64,000 bases of DNA from an uncultured bacterium (GTDB lineage: Bacteria; Acidobacteriota; Thermoanaerobaculia; Multivoradales; JAHZIX01). The stretch covers positions 32,001 to 96,000 of the forward strand of contig CBDUPA010000019.1 of NCBI GenBank assembly GCA_965368975.1, read 5' to 3'. A model generated the notes under the pieces. The model saw nothing but the letters and a program-made list of their open reading frames with translations. It did not search any database and had not been told where the DNA came from. The position numbers were made by a program, and so were the translations under genes. This document shows positions 27,091 to 46,200 of this stretch, one piece after another (the first letter of the stretch is position 1; each line of letters starts with the position of its first letter).

Positions 27091-27091
<1 letters not shown>
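1..27091 (-). CDS. Giant multimodular NRPS (gene C), 3'-truncated by the window edge; at least 9030 codons, 7 complete modules plus C-A(partial)
   Basis: The ATG at 27091-27089 overlaps the stop of gene B (TGATG), with AGGGAG 7 nt upstream. Manual translation gives MTDLAKTIAGLSPERRRLLEGMLRRQG...[24 protein letters not shown]. The same frame still encodes A-domain sequence at the window start (AFVPVDAGW near 140). It contains repeated HHxxxDG, YTSGSTGxPKG and GG(H/D)S motifs. The ORF track lists no stop-terminated ORF in this frame, which is consistent with an uninterrupted frame. Confidence 0.93.
1910..5095 (-). other. Module 15: C(LCL)-A(aromatic clade, code DAAIIAGICK)-T
   Basis: [11 protein letters not shown]; FDAAAAE / AILPPS / VITAGE / NGYGPTETTICA; [10 protein letters not shown]. 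The code resembles the Phe/Tyr type (DAWTIAAICK). Confidence 0.8.
5180..8520 (-). other. Module 14: C(LCL)-A(Glu, code DAKDLGVVDK)-T
   Basis: TQHHIVSDGWS; FDASVKQ / VVDATPS / LLLGGE / [11 protein letters not shown]; [10 protein letters not shown]. The code equals the classical Glu code. Confidence 0.85.
6423..6448 (+). repeat. GTAG-type REP-like palindrome inside the coding sequence
   Basis: GTAG-GGGCAGGC-CCATGT-GCCTGCCC: GTAG followed by a perfect 8-bp GC-rich stem and a 6-nt loop, with an AT-rich flank (GAAAACAAAATCC). It lies within an extra-long loop of the Glu A domain. Confidence 0.7.
8610..11910 (-). other. Module 13: C(LCL)-A(Leu, code DAWFLGHVVK)-T
   Basis: [11 protein letters not shown]; FDATVWE / GFLATP / VLTGGD / NHYGPTENTVV; [10 protein letters not shown]. 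One position differs from the Leu code DAWFLGNVVK. Confidence 0.8.
12030..15295 (-). other. Module 12: C(LCL)-A(Asn, code DLTKVGEVGK)-T
   Basis: NQHHIVSDGWS; FDLTVT / LKLTPSH / LVLGGE / [12 protein letters not shown]; [10 protein letters not shown]. Confidence 0.85.
15390..18685 (-). other. Module 11: C(DCL)-A(Gly clade, code DIVQFTLVWK)-T
   Basis: DLYPLAPAQQGMLFH, WSFHHMLIDGWS; FDIAVVE / VQATP / VFSTGE / NLYGPTETTVWS; [10 protein letters not shown]. Confidence 0.8.
18760..23495 (-). other. Module 10: C(LCL)-A(Cys clade, code DLYDLSGIWK)-T-E
   Basis: TMHHIASDGWS; IDHRGAVNT, FDLSVYD / FWDSVPALM / LMSGDW / SGGGATEASIWS, SIPYGRP; T motif GGDSIL. E domain motifs: LTPAQRWF, HHLVVDGVTW, EGHGRD, RTAGWFT, FNYLGQ. 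Confidence 0.85.
23590..26960 (-). other. Module 9: C(LCL)-A(Asp clade, code DATKVGHVGK)-T
   Basis: TQHHIVSDGWS; QPLTVDACKT / LKIAPSH / LVFGGE / [11 protein letters not shown]; [10 protein letters not shown]. Confidence 0.8.
25973..26038. repeat. 15-bp tandem repeat x4.4, in frame (GANED/GAGED)
   Basis: ggcactgtcttcacc ggcaccgtcttcacc ggcaccgtcttcatt ggcaccgtcttcatt ggcacc. Confidence 0.95.
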
Positions 27092-34131
<7,040 letters not shown>

Positions 34132-34196
34132 CTCTCAGCGCCTCGTCCTAGGAAATTCATCGAAACGGTCCACTCCTCACAACGCCGTGGACACGA

Positions 34197-34242
34197 GATC
34201 ATTCCGTCACTTCACTCTTGATCATTCCGTCTCTTCGCTCTT
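34197..34242. repeat. 23-bp tandem duplication spanning the stop codon of gene A
   Basis: gatcattccgtcacttcactctt / gatcattccgtctcttcgctctt (2 mismatches). Confidence 0.9.
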
Positions 34243-37200
34243 GCGACTCACCCGCTGCAGCGCCCGCGCGATGACCTCTGCCTGCCCCGGCCGTGACTCG
34301 TGGGCGATGACAGCTTTGGCCAGTTCACCGACAGTCGGCCGCGCCAGCTCGAAGAAGGCTGGCAGCGGGAACTCGACGCGGAAAGTGCGGCGGACGCGAC
34401 TGACGATCCGCGTCGCCAGCAGCGAGTGACCGCCCAGATCGAAGAAGTCGTCGTCGACTCCGACCCGCTCGACGCCCAGCACACGCCGCCAGATCCCGCA
34501 CAGCACCGCTTCTACTGCTGTACGTGGTGCGACGAAGAGAGTTCCCGTGGCCGTTCCGTCCGGTTGCGGCAGCGCGCGGCGGTCGAGCTTGCCATTGGCA
34601 TTCACCGGCAGCTCTGCCAGGCGGACGAACGCAGACGGTACCATGTAGCTCGGCAGCCGCTGCAACAGGAACATTCGCAACTCGCTGGAGATGTCGACCA
34701 AGGAAGTGCCAGCTGCAGCCACATCAGCCTCCGTATCCCCCACCGGGACGACATAGGCCAGCAAGCGCTGGCCACCGGTCGCGGCCAGGGTCGGGTCAGC
34801 AGCCGCGACCACCGCCGCTTGGCGCACGTCGGGGTGGCTTTCCAGCACGGCCTGCACTTCGCCCGGCTCGACGCGGAAACCACGGATCTTGACCTGGAAG
34901 TCGGCGCGATCCAGGTATTCGATCTCGCCGTCCACGCGCCAGCGCGCCAGGTCACCACTGCGGTACAGACGCGCACCGGCGGCGGCCACGCGGCCGGCGA
35001 GTGGATGCGGCCGGAAGCGGTCCGCGGTCAAGGCCGCGCGTGCCAGGTAGCCCCGCGCCAGGCAATCGCCCCCGATCCACAGCTCGCCCGTCGTGCCCAG
35101 CGCCACGGGGTACAAGTCCGATCCGAGGATCTGGATCTGCGTGTTGGGCAAGGGTACACCGATCGGTGGTCGTGCCGGCCACTGCTCGGGCTCTCTCTGG
35201 GACTCGGGCTGGCCGGGGCCGCGCCGGAAGTAGCGCGCGGTGACCACGTGGCTCTCCGACGGACCGTAGTAGTTGCCCAGAACCAGCTCCGGACGCTGCT
35301 CGAACAGCCGGCGTACCAGCGGCGTTACGTGCTGCTGCTCCCCAGCGGTGATCAGCGCGCTGAGCGACGACGCCGGCCAGCGCCCCTCCGCCGCTTCCTC
35401 CGCGAGCTGCTGCAGCAAGACGACCGGTACCAGCGCCTTGTCGACCCGCTGGCGCTCCAGGTAGTCGGTGACCTTCGGCACATCGCGGCGCGCCGCATCG
35501 TCCAGGAAGCACAGCGTGCCGCCAGTGACCCAGGCCAGGAAGGTCTCGTTGTAGCAGGCGTCGAAGCCGACCGGCGAGAAGCCGAACACGCGCGGGCGAT
35601 CCCCAGTGTGCCAGGCCGCCTGGTCCCAGGCCACCAGGTTGCTCATCGCCCGGTGGCTGAGCTGGACGCCCTTGGGCCGGCCGGTCGAGCCGGAGGTGTA
35701 GATGACGTAGAACAGGTGGTCGGGATGCAGTTCGGGCGGCGGCAGAAGGGCCTTTCGGCCTCCTTGCTGCCGACCCGTTTCGGGCACGGGTACTGCAGCC
35801 GTCACGCGATCGAGCGTATCGAGTTCCACAACTTGTAGGTGCGGCAGCGCCGCGAAGCGGGACCGTAGTGACGAATTCCCTTCCGTATTGAGCACCAAGA
35901 GCCTGGCACCGCTGTCCTGCAGTTGGAACTCGAGCCTTTCCGGCGGAACCTCTGGGTCCAGCGGTACGCACGTGGCGCCCGCGAGCAAGACGCCGAGCAT
36001 GGACACCAGGAGTCCCGTCGAACGCGGCAGGCAGAACGCTACCGGCACGTCCGGCCCGGCGCCGAGGGCCCGCAGCTGGTAGGCGAGATCCTCGGCGCGA
36101 GCTCGCAGCTGCCCGTAGCTCAGCTGGCGCTCCGTGTGCGAGCCTACCGTCAGCGCCAGTGCGTCCGGGGTGCGCGCGGCCTGGGCGAGCCAGGCGGCGG
36201 GCAGCAAGCGCCGCTCCGGCGCCAGCTCGAGCCGGGTGTCGTTGCGCTCGACCACCAGCAGCTGACGCTCGGCCGGACTGAGCCGCGGCAGGTCGCCCAG
36301 CTGTTCTGCCGACACATCCGGACCCGACAAACCCTCCAACAAGCGTTGCAGCTGGCCGAGCAAACGCAGCGCGGTCGTGGCGTCAAAACGTTCCGGATCG
36401 TAGAGCAAGCGCAGGCTGAGCCGGTCGCCCGGCGCCGCCACCAAGGTCAGCGGGTAGTTCGTCTGCTCCGCCATCTCGACCCCGCGCAGGCCCAGCCCAC
36501 CCCCGGCAGCGGACGCGCTCGCGCCGACCGGGAAGTTCTCGTACACCAGGATGCTGTCGAACAAGGGCTGCCCCGGCGGCACGCCACTCCAGGCTTGCAG
36601 CTGCGCCAGCGGGCTGTACTCGAAGCGGCGCAGGGCCGCCAATTCCTCGTGCAGCGCGCGCAACCAGTCCGCCGTCTTGGCGCTGGGCGACACCTGCCGA
36701 CGGACTGGCAAGATGTTGATGAACAGCCCCACCGTCTCCTGCAGACCCGGCAACGGCGCCGAGCGTCCTGCCGTGATGGCGCCGAAGACGACTTCCGTCT
36801 CACTGTCGCCTCCAGTGCTTCCGCCACGCGCGCCGCGCTGTCCCCACAACGTCTGGGCCAGCAACAAGGCCCAGGCTCCCTGCAACAGCGAGTTGGTGGT
36901 GATGCGCAACTGGCGGGCGCGCGCCTCGAGATCTTCGCTCAGCTGCGGCGTCAGGAAGCTGCGGTGCTCGTGCTGCGAACCACCCGTGCTGCCCTCACGC
37001 GCCGGACGATCGGCCGGCAGTGGCGTCGGCGCGGCGATGTCGGCCAGGCGCGATCGCCAGAACTCCTCGGCCTCGCCCGACGCCAGGCGCGGTTGCAACC
37101 AGGCGACGAAGTCGCGGAAGCGACCGGCAGGCGGCGCGATCTCGACGCGCTGCCGCTGACGGGCGGCGCGATAGAACTCGAACAACTCGCGCAGCAGGAT

Positions 37201-40200
37201 CGGCGTCGACCAGCCGTCGAGCAACGCATGGTGGTAGCTCCAGATCAGGGCTCGCTCCCCGGCCCCCAAGCGCAGCAGGGCGAGCCGGAACAGCGGGGCG
37301 GCGGGCAGACGGAACGCGCGCAGACGGTCGGCCACCAGCAGACGATCGAGGGCACGGCGCTGGTCGACGGGTGGTAGGTCACTCCAGTCGCTCACCGTCC
37401 AGGGCAGGGCCACGGCCTCCGCGGGCAGGACGACCTGCAGAGGTTCGTCGAACTGCAGCCAGAAGGCCGTGCGCAGGGCCGGGTGGCGTTCGAGCAGGCG
37501 GCCCCAGGCGGAATACAGGGCCCGCTCGTCGAGGGTCGAACCCGCAGCGCCCTCACCGCCAAAGCGCAGCACCAACTGCTGCACGTAGACGCCGGAGCGC
37601 GGCGCGCGCAGACTGTGGAACAGCATGCCTTGCTGCATCGGCGTCGCCGGGTAGAGATCCTCCAGGCGTCCACCGACGACCGTCACAAGTTCGTCCAGCT
37701 CGGTCGCTCGCAACACGGCGAGCGGGAAGTCCGAAGGCGTATAGCCTCCAGCGTCCGGTTGCAGGCAGTGCGCGACCAGACCATGTAGATGCTCGGCGAA
37801 GGAAGCCGCCACGCGCTCGAGCACATCCTGCGCACCGCGTCGGCGGTCGTAGCGCAAGCGTAGTTGCAGGCGCGGCTGCTGCATTGGCTGCTGTTCTGGC
37901 CCCTCAGCCGCGCCGGCGACGACCTGGGCGTCGACCATCAGCGCGTGACTGCGGCGCAGCCTGGGACTGGCATCGGGGCCGGCCGACTCGGCCGCGGCAC
38001 GCCACGGCGCTTCACCCTCTGCCGCCACGCCGCCGCCGCGGTGCAACTGGCCGAGGTAGTTGAACAGCACCTCCGGCTGCCGTACTGATGGGGGCAACGA
38101 CGGGGCCATCGACGCCAGCCGCTCGCGCACCAGGCCGAAGGCGAGCCCGCCGGCCGGCAGCGTCCGCAGCTGTTCCTTGATCGCCTTGAGTGCGGCTCCC
38201 AGGTCGAGTCCCGCCTCTCCTGCCGGGCCACGCGCAGCACCCAGGTCGAGCAAGACGGGATAGAGCGAGGTCAACCAACCCACCGTGCGGCTGAGATCTG
38301 GAGCCGCAGCCTCGTCGGCGCGCAGGGAAGTCAAGGCTTCGGCGTCACGACCGTGCCCTTCGAGGTCCAGCCACAGGCGATCTTCCCCGCTCCACTCGGC
38401 GCAGGCCAAGGTCAAGGCGGTGAGCAAGATCTCATCGACGCGCATGCGGTAGGCGGCACCGGCGCGCTGCAGCAGGTCACGGGTGGTCGCGCCATCCAGT
38501 TCGACGCTCACCGACGCCTCGTCGGCGCGGATTCCGTTCTCAGTCGGGGCATCGCCGCTCTGGGCCAGGGGTAGTGGCGGTGGCAACCGCTTGTGCAGCC
38601 GGCGCCAGTAACTCGCCACCGCTGCTAGCGGTTCAGCTGCATCGAAGCTCTGCAACCACTCGGACCAGGCACGGAAGCTGGTACCGACCCCCGCAACCGC
38701 GGCGAGCGGATCGCGTCCGGCGCGCACCGCCGTCAACACCGTCGCCAGGTCCTGCAGCAGGATGCGCCAGGAGACGCCGTCGACCACCAGGTGGTGGGCG
38801 CCCAACCACAGGCGTTGCTCGCGCCCACCGAGACGGATCAGCACCGCGCGCAGCAGCGGGCCGCGCGTCAGGTCGAAACTTCGCTGGAGGCAGGTGGTCA
38901 GCTGCTCCACTGCCGCGGGCTCCGGCATGCGCCCAAGATCGACCACGGCCCCGGCCGACGACGCCAGGTGCGACGCTCGCTGCGCCGACGCCAGCACCGG
39001 CCGCCAGGCTCCGTCGACCGCCCCGTCCAGCACCTCGAGCCGCAGCCGTAGCGCGTCGTGACGCTCGAACAGCACGCGCAGGACGGTGAACAACTCCGGT
39101 GCCGCCAAGGGCTGCGCCGGCTGCAGCAGGAGCGCCTGGTTGAAGTGGTGCCCGGGGTGCTCCGGTCGTTCCAGGTGCAGCTCCTGGCCACCCTGGCGCA
39201 GATGATCCAGGAACCAGGCCTGGATCGGCGTCGGCGGCACTGGACCAGCGGCCGAGGCACTGTGCACCAGCTCGACCTCGTCCAGGCCGACCGCGGCGGC
39301 GGCCTGGGCGGCGATCGTGGGATGCTCGAACAGCTGAGCCGGCGTCAGGCCGAGCCCGGCGGACCGCGCGCGTGCCACGACCTGCAGCGCCAGGATCGAG
39401 TCCCCGCCCTGGGCGAAGAAGTCGTCGTGGATGCCGAACGGCCCCGCTCCGAGCACTTCCTGCCAGATCGTCGCCAGTGCGCTTTCCCGGTCGTTCGATG
39501 GCGCCGCCTCCCCTTGTACCTCACTTGCTTGCACCCCAGGAGCCGGCAGCGCCTTGCGGTCGACCTTGCCGTTGGGCAGCAGGGGCAGTTCCGGCAGCCG
39601 CACCCACAGCGCCGGCACCATGTAGTCCGGTAGACGGGTGCCCAACTGCGCGCGCAGGTCGGCGACCCACTCGCTCTCGGAAGCCGGCGGCGCGTCCGTC
39701 GCCACGTAAGCCACTAGGCGCGCGGGGCTGTCGGCAGCCTGCGCCGGTCGCCAGGCGGTCACGACGATGTCGCGCACCGTCACGTCGCCCACAGGTGCCA
39801 GAGTCGCCAGAGCGGCCTCGATCTCACCGAGCTCGATGCGCAGGCCGCGGATCTTGACCTGGTGGTCGAGGCGACCCAGGAACTCGATCTCACCGTCGGC
39901 CAGGGTGCGCGCCAGGTCGCCGGTGCGGTACAAGCGTCCGCGGTATTGCTTGTGCGTGCCCTCCGGCACGCGATTTCCCTGGTGCGTACCGTCCGGTACG
40001 AACGAAGAAGCCGTGCGGGCCGGGCGGCCGAGGTAGCCGCGAGCCAGCTGGACGCCACCGATGTGCAGCTCGCCAGCGACGCCGATCGGCACCGGAGCGC
40101 CACGGCGATCGAGCAGCAGGATGCGGGTGTTCGCGACCGGCCGGCCGATGGCGGCCGAGCTGCCCGTCTCGTCAAGGCGGCAGGGATGGTGCGTGACGTC

Positions 40201-43200
40201 CACGGCCGCCTCGGTCGGTCCATACAGGTTGTACAGCCCCGCGCCAGGTCGGCGCTCGAGCAGGCGCCGCGCGAGCGCCGCCGGCAGCGCTTCACCACTG
40301 GCCACCACGCGGCGCAGGGAGGTGCACAGTTGCAGGCCGGGTTCTTCGACGAAGACCTGCAACATCGACGGCACGAAGTGCAGCGTGGTCACCGCCTGGC
40401 GCACGATCAAGCGAGCCAGGTAGCCGGGGTCCTTGTGACCCGCCGGCTTGGCCAGGACCAGTCGCACGCCTTCGAGCAGCGGCCAGAAGAACTCCCATAC
40501 CGAGACGTCGAAGCTGGCCGGCGTCTTCTGCAACACCACGTCACCTGCCGCCAGGCCGTACTGCTGCTGCATCCAGTGCAGGCGGTTGCAGATGGCACGA
40601 TGGCTGTTCATGGCGCCCTTGGGCTTGCCGGTCGAGCCGGAGGTGTAGATGACGTAGGCGAGATTCTCCGGGCGCCTATCGGCCAGGCTCGTCGAAGCGG
40701 TTTGGCTCGTCGAAGCAGTGGGTACATGCAGCGAGCCGTCGCCGTGTAACTCGACGATCACCCCTCCCGCCGTGACAGCAGCGGACTCGACCGCCGGTGC
40801 CAGCCCCGGTGCGGTCACCAATAGCCCTCTATCTTCGTTCGCAGCGGCGCTCCAGGCATCTCCGAGCATGAAGGTCAACCGTTCGCTTGGATAGTCGGGG
40901 TCCAGCGGCACGTAGGCCGCACCAGAACGGAGGATGCCGAGCAGCGCCACCACCAGTTCCAGCGAGCGCGGCATGCAGACGGCGATCACGGACTCAGGAC
41001 CGGCACCCTGCTCTCGCAGGCACTCTGCCAGCGTCTCGGCTCGGCTGAGCAATTCGTCGTAGCTCAACCAGTGCTGACCGCACTGGACCGCGATCGCTTG
41101 CGGCCACTGCCCAGCCCGGGCGCCAATGCGCGCATCCAGCACGGCCGGTTCGCTGACCGGCACTGGCGGATGGGCTGGCGGCAGTTCTGCCGGCAACAGT
41201 GCAGGTGTCTCGTTCCACTCGCGCAGCACCTGCTGTTCCTGCGCCACGGACAGCCAGGGCAAGTCCGCCAGCGGCACCTGCGGCTGCGCCACGCCGGCAG
41301 CCAGCAAACGTTGCCAGGCAGCCATCCAGCGACGCACGGTGGTGGCGTCGAAGAGTGCCAGGCTCCAATCGGCGATGGCTCGGTAGGTGCCTGCTCCGGC
41401 GGGCTCGACGGTCAGCGACAGGTCGAAGCGTGCCTGCGCGGTCTCGACCTCCAGCGGTCGCACCGCCAGCCCGGGCAAGCTCAGGTGCACCGGCGGCACG
41501 TTCTGCAACACGAAGAGCACCTGAAACAACGGTGTCCGGCTGCGATCACGACGCGGTTGCAGCGCCGCGACGAGCTGTTCGAAGGGCAGGTCTTGGCGCT
41601 CCTGCGCGGCTAGCGTCTCGTCGCGCACCCGCGTGACCAGTTGACCGAAACCGTCCGCGGCCGCCAGGTCGCTGCGCAGCACCAGCGTGTTGACAAAGCA
41701 GCCCTGGAGCGTCTCCAGTTCGGGCCGCGGACGACCAGCGACCGGCGTGCCCACCGCCACATCGGCGCGCGCGGCGAGGCGGCCGAGCAGGAGCTGGAAG
41801 CCGGCGAGCAGGGTCATGAACAGCGTGCTGCCACGGCTGCCGGCAAACGCCTCCAGACTTTGCGTCAGCGACGCCGGCAGCGGCAGGGCCAGGCGTCCAC
41901 CGGTGAAGCTCTGCTGCGCCGGCCGCGGTCGGTCGCTCGGCAGGTCCAGCGGTTCCAGGCCCCTCAGCTGCTGGCGCCACCAGTCGAGCTGCGCTGCCGC
42001 GCCGCCGGCGTCGAACCAGGCACGCTGCCACGCCGCATAATCGGCGTATTGCAGACTTTCCTCGGCAGGCGCCGAGGCAGCCGGCTGAGCAACCTGCCCA
42101 CCAAGCTGACGGCTGTGCTGCCGCTGGTATTCCTCCACCACCTCGCGCACCAGCAAGCCGACGGACCAGCCGTCGGTCACCGCGTGGTGCAGCACCAACA
42201 ACAAGGTGTGCGTTGCCGGCTCCTGGCGCACCAGCAACCAGCGGTGCAGCGGTGCGCGCCGCAAGTCGAAGGGTCGCGCGCCGGCCAGCTGTGCCAGGCG
42301 TCGTGCTTCAGCCGAGCGTCGCGACGGCGCCAGGTGGTGCAGGTCCAGGCACGGAACCGAAACGCCCGTGGCGGCCGGGGCGATGACCTGCCGCAGCCTT
42401 CCCTCCTCGTCGGCGTCGAGGTGGCTGTGCAACACTTCGTGCCGGGCCACCACCGCACGCACCGCCCGATTCAGGAGAGCGCCATGCAGAAGGGCACGAT
42501 TCAAGACGGCACCCTTCGAGCCCGCCTCGTCTTCCGACGTGGACTCCAACCTGCTGGCGAACACCACGTTGTAGGCGGCGCGCCCGTCCAGTGCCCCTTC
42601 AGGCTGGCCAGCTTGCACTTGCCGTGCCTCCAAGGGCCCGTCAGGCAGGGGAGCGAGCAAGCGATCGAGCACCCAGAAGCGCTGCTGCGCGAACGAGGCC
42701 GGCAGTACCTGGTCGCGGGAGATACGGCGTAGCGGCGGCCCCACCGAGGTGCGCCCCGAAGCCTCCTCTGAGACGGAACCCGCCTCGCGTAGACGCTGCG
42801 CCAGGGCCGCGACGGTGCCGGCCCGGAAGATGTCCCCCAAGCGCAGCGACACTTCGGCTCCGACCCCGGACTCCGACGCCATATCGCGACGCAGGCGGCC
42901 GAGCAGGCGCGTGGCGAGCAGGGAGTGGCCACCGAGGGCGAAGAAGTCGGCGTCACGGCCGCTCACCGGCACTTCGAGCAACTCGCTGAACAGCGCCGCC
43001 AAGCGCGTTTCCAGCTCGTCGCGCGGCGGCCCACCGGCGTCCGCACCGCCGGTGCCGGCGGCCAGCAGGTCGCTGTCCGGCGCGGGCAGCGCCTTGCGGT
43101 CGACCTTGCCGCTGGTGTTGAGCGGCAGGGCGTCGAGCTGCACGAAGGCGGCGGGGATCATGTAGTCGGGCAGGGTGTCCGCTAGCCGCTGGCGCAGGTC

Positions 43201-46200
43201 ACTGGGGTCCTGCGTCGAGGAGGCAGTCAGGTAGGCGATCAGGCGTGAATCGCCGCCCGCCGTGCGCTGGGCGACGACCACCGCGTCCGCGACTTCCGGC
43301 AGGCGTCGCAGCACGTCTTCGATCTCCCCCAACTCGATGCGCAGGCCCCGTACCTTGACCTGAAAATCGATGCGTCCCAGAAAGTCGATCGCACCGTCGC
43401 CGCGATGGCGAGCCAGGTCGCCCGTGGCGTAGGCACGGGCGCCGCCGGTACCGTCCTCCGGGAAGGGATCGGGACGGAACGCGGCGGCGGTCAGCGCCGG
43501 TCGACGCAGGTAGCCGCGCCCCACGTTGACGCCGGCGATCCACAGCTGCCCCGGCACCAGCGCCGCCACCGGTCGCAGGCTGGCGTCCAGGAGGTGGATA
43601 CGCGTGTTGGCGATCGGTCGACCGATGGGCAGCGTCGTGGCGCTCGGGCGGCAGGTCCAGCGCGTCACGTCGACCGCGGCCTCGGTCGGACCGTAGAGAT
43701 TCTCCAGCCGCGCGCCGCGACGGGGATCCAGCTGTGCCAGCGTGCGCTCGGCCAGGGACACGGGCAGCGCTTCTCCACTGGTCACCACCAGGCGCGGCCC
43801 CCAGGGTCGCTGGGTAGCCTCTTCCGGTGCCGCGTCCACGTAGAGCTGCAACATCGACGGCACGAAGTGCAGCACGCTGATGCCAGCGCGCCGGATCAGC
43901 GCTGCCAAGTACGCCGGATCGCGGTGGCCTCCGGGTCGCGCCAGTACCAGGCGTGCGCCTTCGAGCAGGGGCCAGAAGAGTTCCCACACGGAGACATCGA
44001 ACGTCACCGGCGTCTTCTGCAACACGACGTCGCCCGGGCCCAGCTCGTAGGCCGTTTGCATCCAGCGCAGGCGGTTGTCGATGCTGCGATGGCTGATCAT
44101 CGCCCCCTTCGGCTTGCCGGTCGAGCCGGAGGTGTAGATGACATAGGCGAGCTGGTCCGCCCCGGCATCCGCCGGCACGAGTTGGTCTGCCCCGGCATCC
44201 GCCGGCACGAGTTGGTCTGCCCCGGCATCCGCCGGGATCCGGGCCACCGCGTCCGGCGAGCGTGCACCCGCAGGGCTCGACACGTCCAGCTCCAGGCACG
44301 GCGGTGCCGGCTGCGGCAGCAATGGCCGTAGGGCATCGACCCGCGCGCGCAGCGCCGCGACGGTCACGATGGCGACGGGCTCCGCGTCGCCGACGATCTC
44401 GGCCAGGCGCGTCGGCGGATGCTCCGGGTCCAGTGGCAGATAGGCACTGCCGCTGAGCAGCGTGCCGAGCAGTGCGATTGACAGCTCCGCCGAACGCTCC
44501 AGGCACAGCGCCACGCGGCGGTCGGGACCGGCACCGAGGGCCTGCAGGCGCGCCGCCAGGTGGCAGGCTCGACGCCAGAGTTCGGCGTAACTCACATGCT
44601 GAAGACCGGCGACCAGGGCGACCACGTCCGGCAGGCGTTCGACCGTGGCGGCGACGCGCCGATGCAGGTAGCGGGATCCGTCGGCCGGCCACGTGACACG
44701 CGTGTCGTTCCAGGCGTAGCGCAGCTGGTGGTGCTCAGCGCGGCTGAGCAGCGACCGCGCATGGCGCGGCAGGTCGGGCTCTGCGGAAGCCGCCACCAGC
44801 GCCTCCAGCGTCCGCCGGTACCAACCCGCCCACTGGCGCACCTGGGCCGGGTGCAGGCGCTCACGCCGGTATTGCAGCTCCAGCGTCGGCCGGCCGTCGC
44901 CGGCATTGCGGCCGGTCTGCACCATGAGCGTGAAGTCGGTCTCGGCGAAGGTGTGGACCGCCAGCGTCTCGAGACGCTCGGCGAGGTTGTCGGCCGAGGC
45001 CAGAACGTGGAAGTGGATGTAGTTGAAGGCCACTTCGAACAAGGCACTGCCGTCCGCCAGCCGCCGTTGCAGCTCGGCCAAGGGCAGGCGGCGATACGGC
45101 AGCATGGCCACTTCGGCGTCGTAGACCGAGCGAATCAGCTGACGCCAGCTGCCCCCGTGCCGCGCCGACGGCAGGCGCAGGCGCAGCGGCAGGGTGTTGA
45201 GGAACAAGCCCATCGTGCGTTCGCTGTCGGCACCTTCCGGACGCCCGTTGCTGACCAGACCGGTCATCACGTCGCGGCTGCCGCTCAGCTGCTCCAGGAC
45301 GTGCAGGTGAACGGCCAGCAACACGGACTTGAGCGTCACGCCGATAGCGCGCGCCAGGGCCTCGAGCGCCGCCGTGTCCGGCATCGGTACCTCGATCACG
45401 TCGACGCCTGGCGGCTGGTCGGCCAAAGTCCCGGCACGAGGCAGGCGCAGCATCTCGGCCCCCGCCAGCTGGCGGCTCCAGAAATCCCAGGCCTCGCGAC
45501 TCGGCTCTCGATTGGCCAGCATCTGCCGCTCCAGCTGCACGAAGTGCCTGTACGGTGGTGCTGGCGGTGTTGCGTCCCGGGAGGCGGTACCAAGCAGCCG
45601 CTGGACCTCGGAGAAGACCTCGGTCAACCAGCTGGCGATGCTCCAGCCATCGATGATCGCGTGGTGCTCGCTCCAGCCGAAGACGAAGCTGCCGTCCCCG
45701 TAGGGCAACAGCCAGACCCGCAGCAGCGGTGGTCGACGGACGTCGAAACGCGCTCGCTGCTCGGCCTCGAAGCGCCGCGCCCGCTGGCGCTCGCGGTCCT
45801 CGGGTGCCAGCGCCGACAGGTCGCAGACGCTGAAGCGCACCGGTGCCCGTCGCGCCACGAGCTGCAGCGGCTCGTCGAACCTGTCGAGATCGAAGCTGGT
45901 GCGCAGCGCCGGATGCCGGTCGGTCACCGCTTCCAGCGCCCGTTGCAGGGTTCCGGGGTTCACGTCGCCGCGCAGGTGCAGGGCCGAGACGTTGTGGTAG
46001 ACCGCTCCCGGCTCGGCAGAAGGTTCGGCAGCTGTATCGGGGCTCGCGTGCTCGGTGAAGTAAAGCATGCCGAGCTGCAGCGCCGACACCGGATAGGCGT
46101 CCTCCAGCTCCGTTTCCCGGTCTTGCAACCGCTGCCGGTCGGCGTTCGTCAGCAACTCGAAGGGGCCGGCCCAAGCCTCCTGATCCGGCGCCGCGCCCTC

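Noticed and set aside
34132-34221. Promoter or terminator in the only intergenic gap
   Set aside because: There is no convincing hairpin plus U-tract or -35/-10 pair. The gap is more consistent with operonic read-through.
44790-46110. Missing E domain or dual E/C domain after the GGDSI-type T of module 3
   Set aside because: There is no space for an E domain and no N-terminal HH(I/L)xxxxGD dual-domain motif. The motifs fit the modAA class better.
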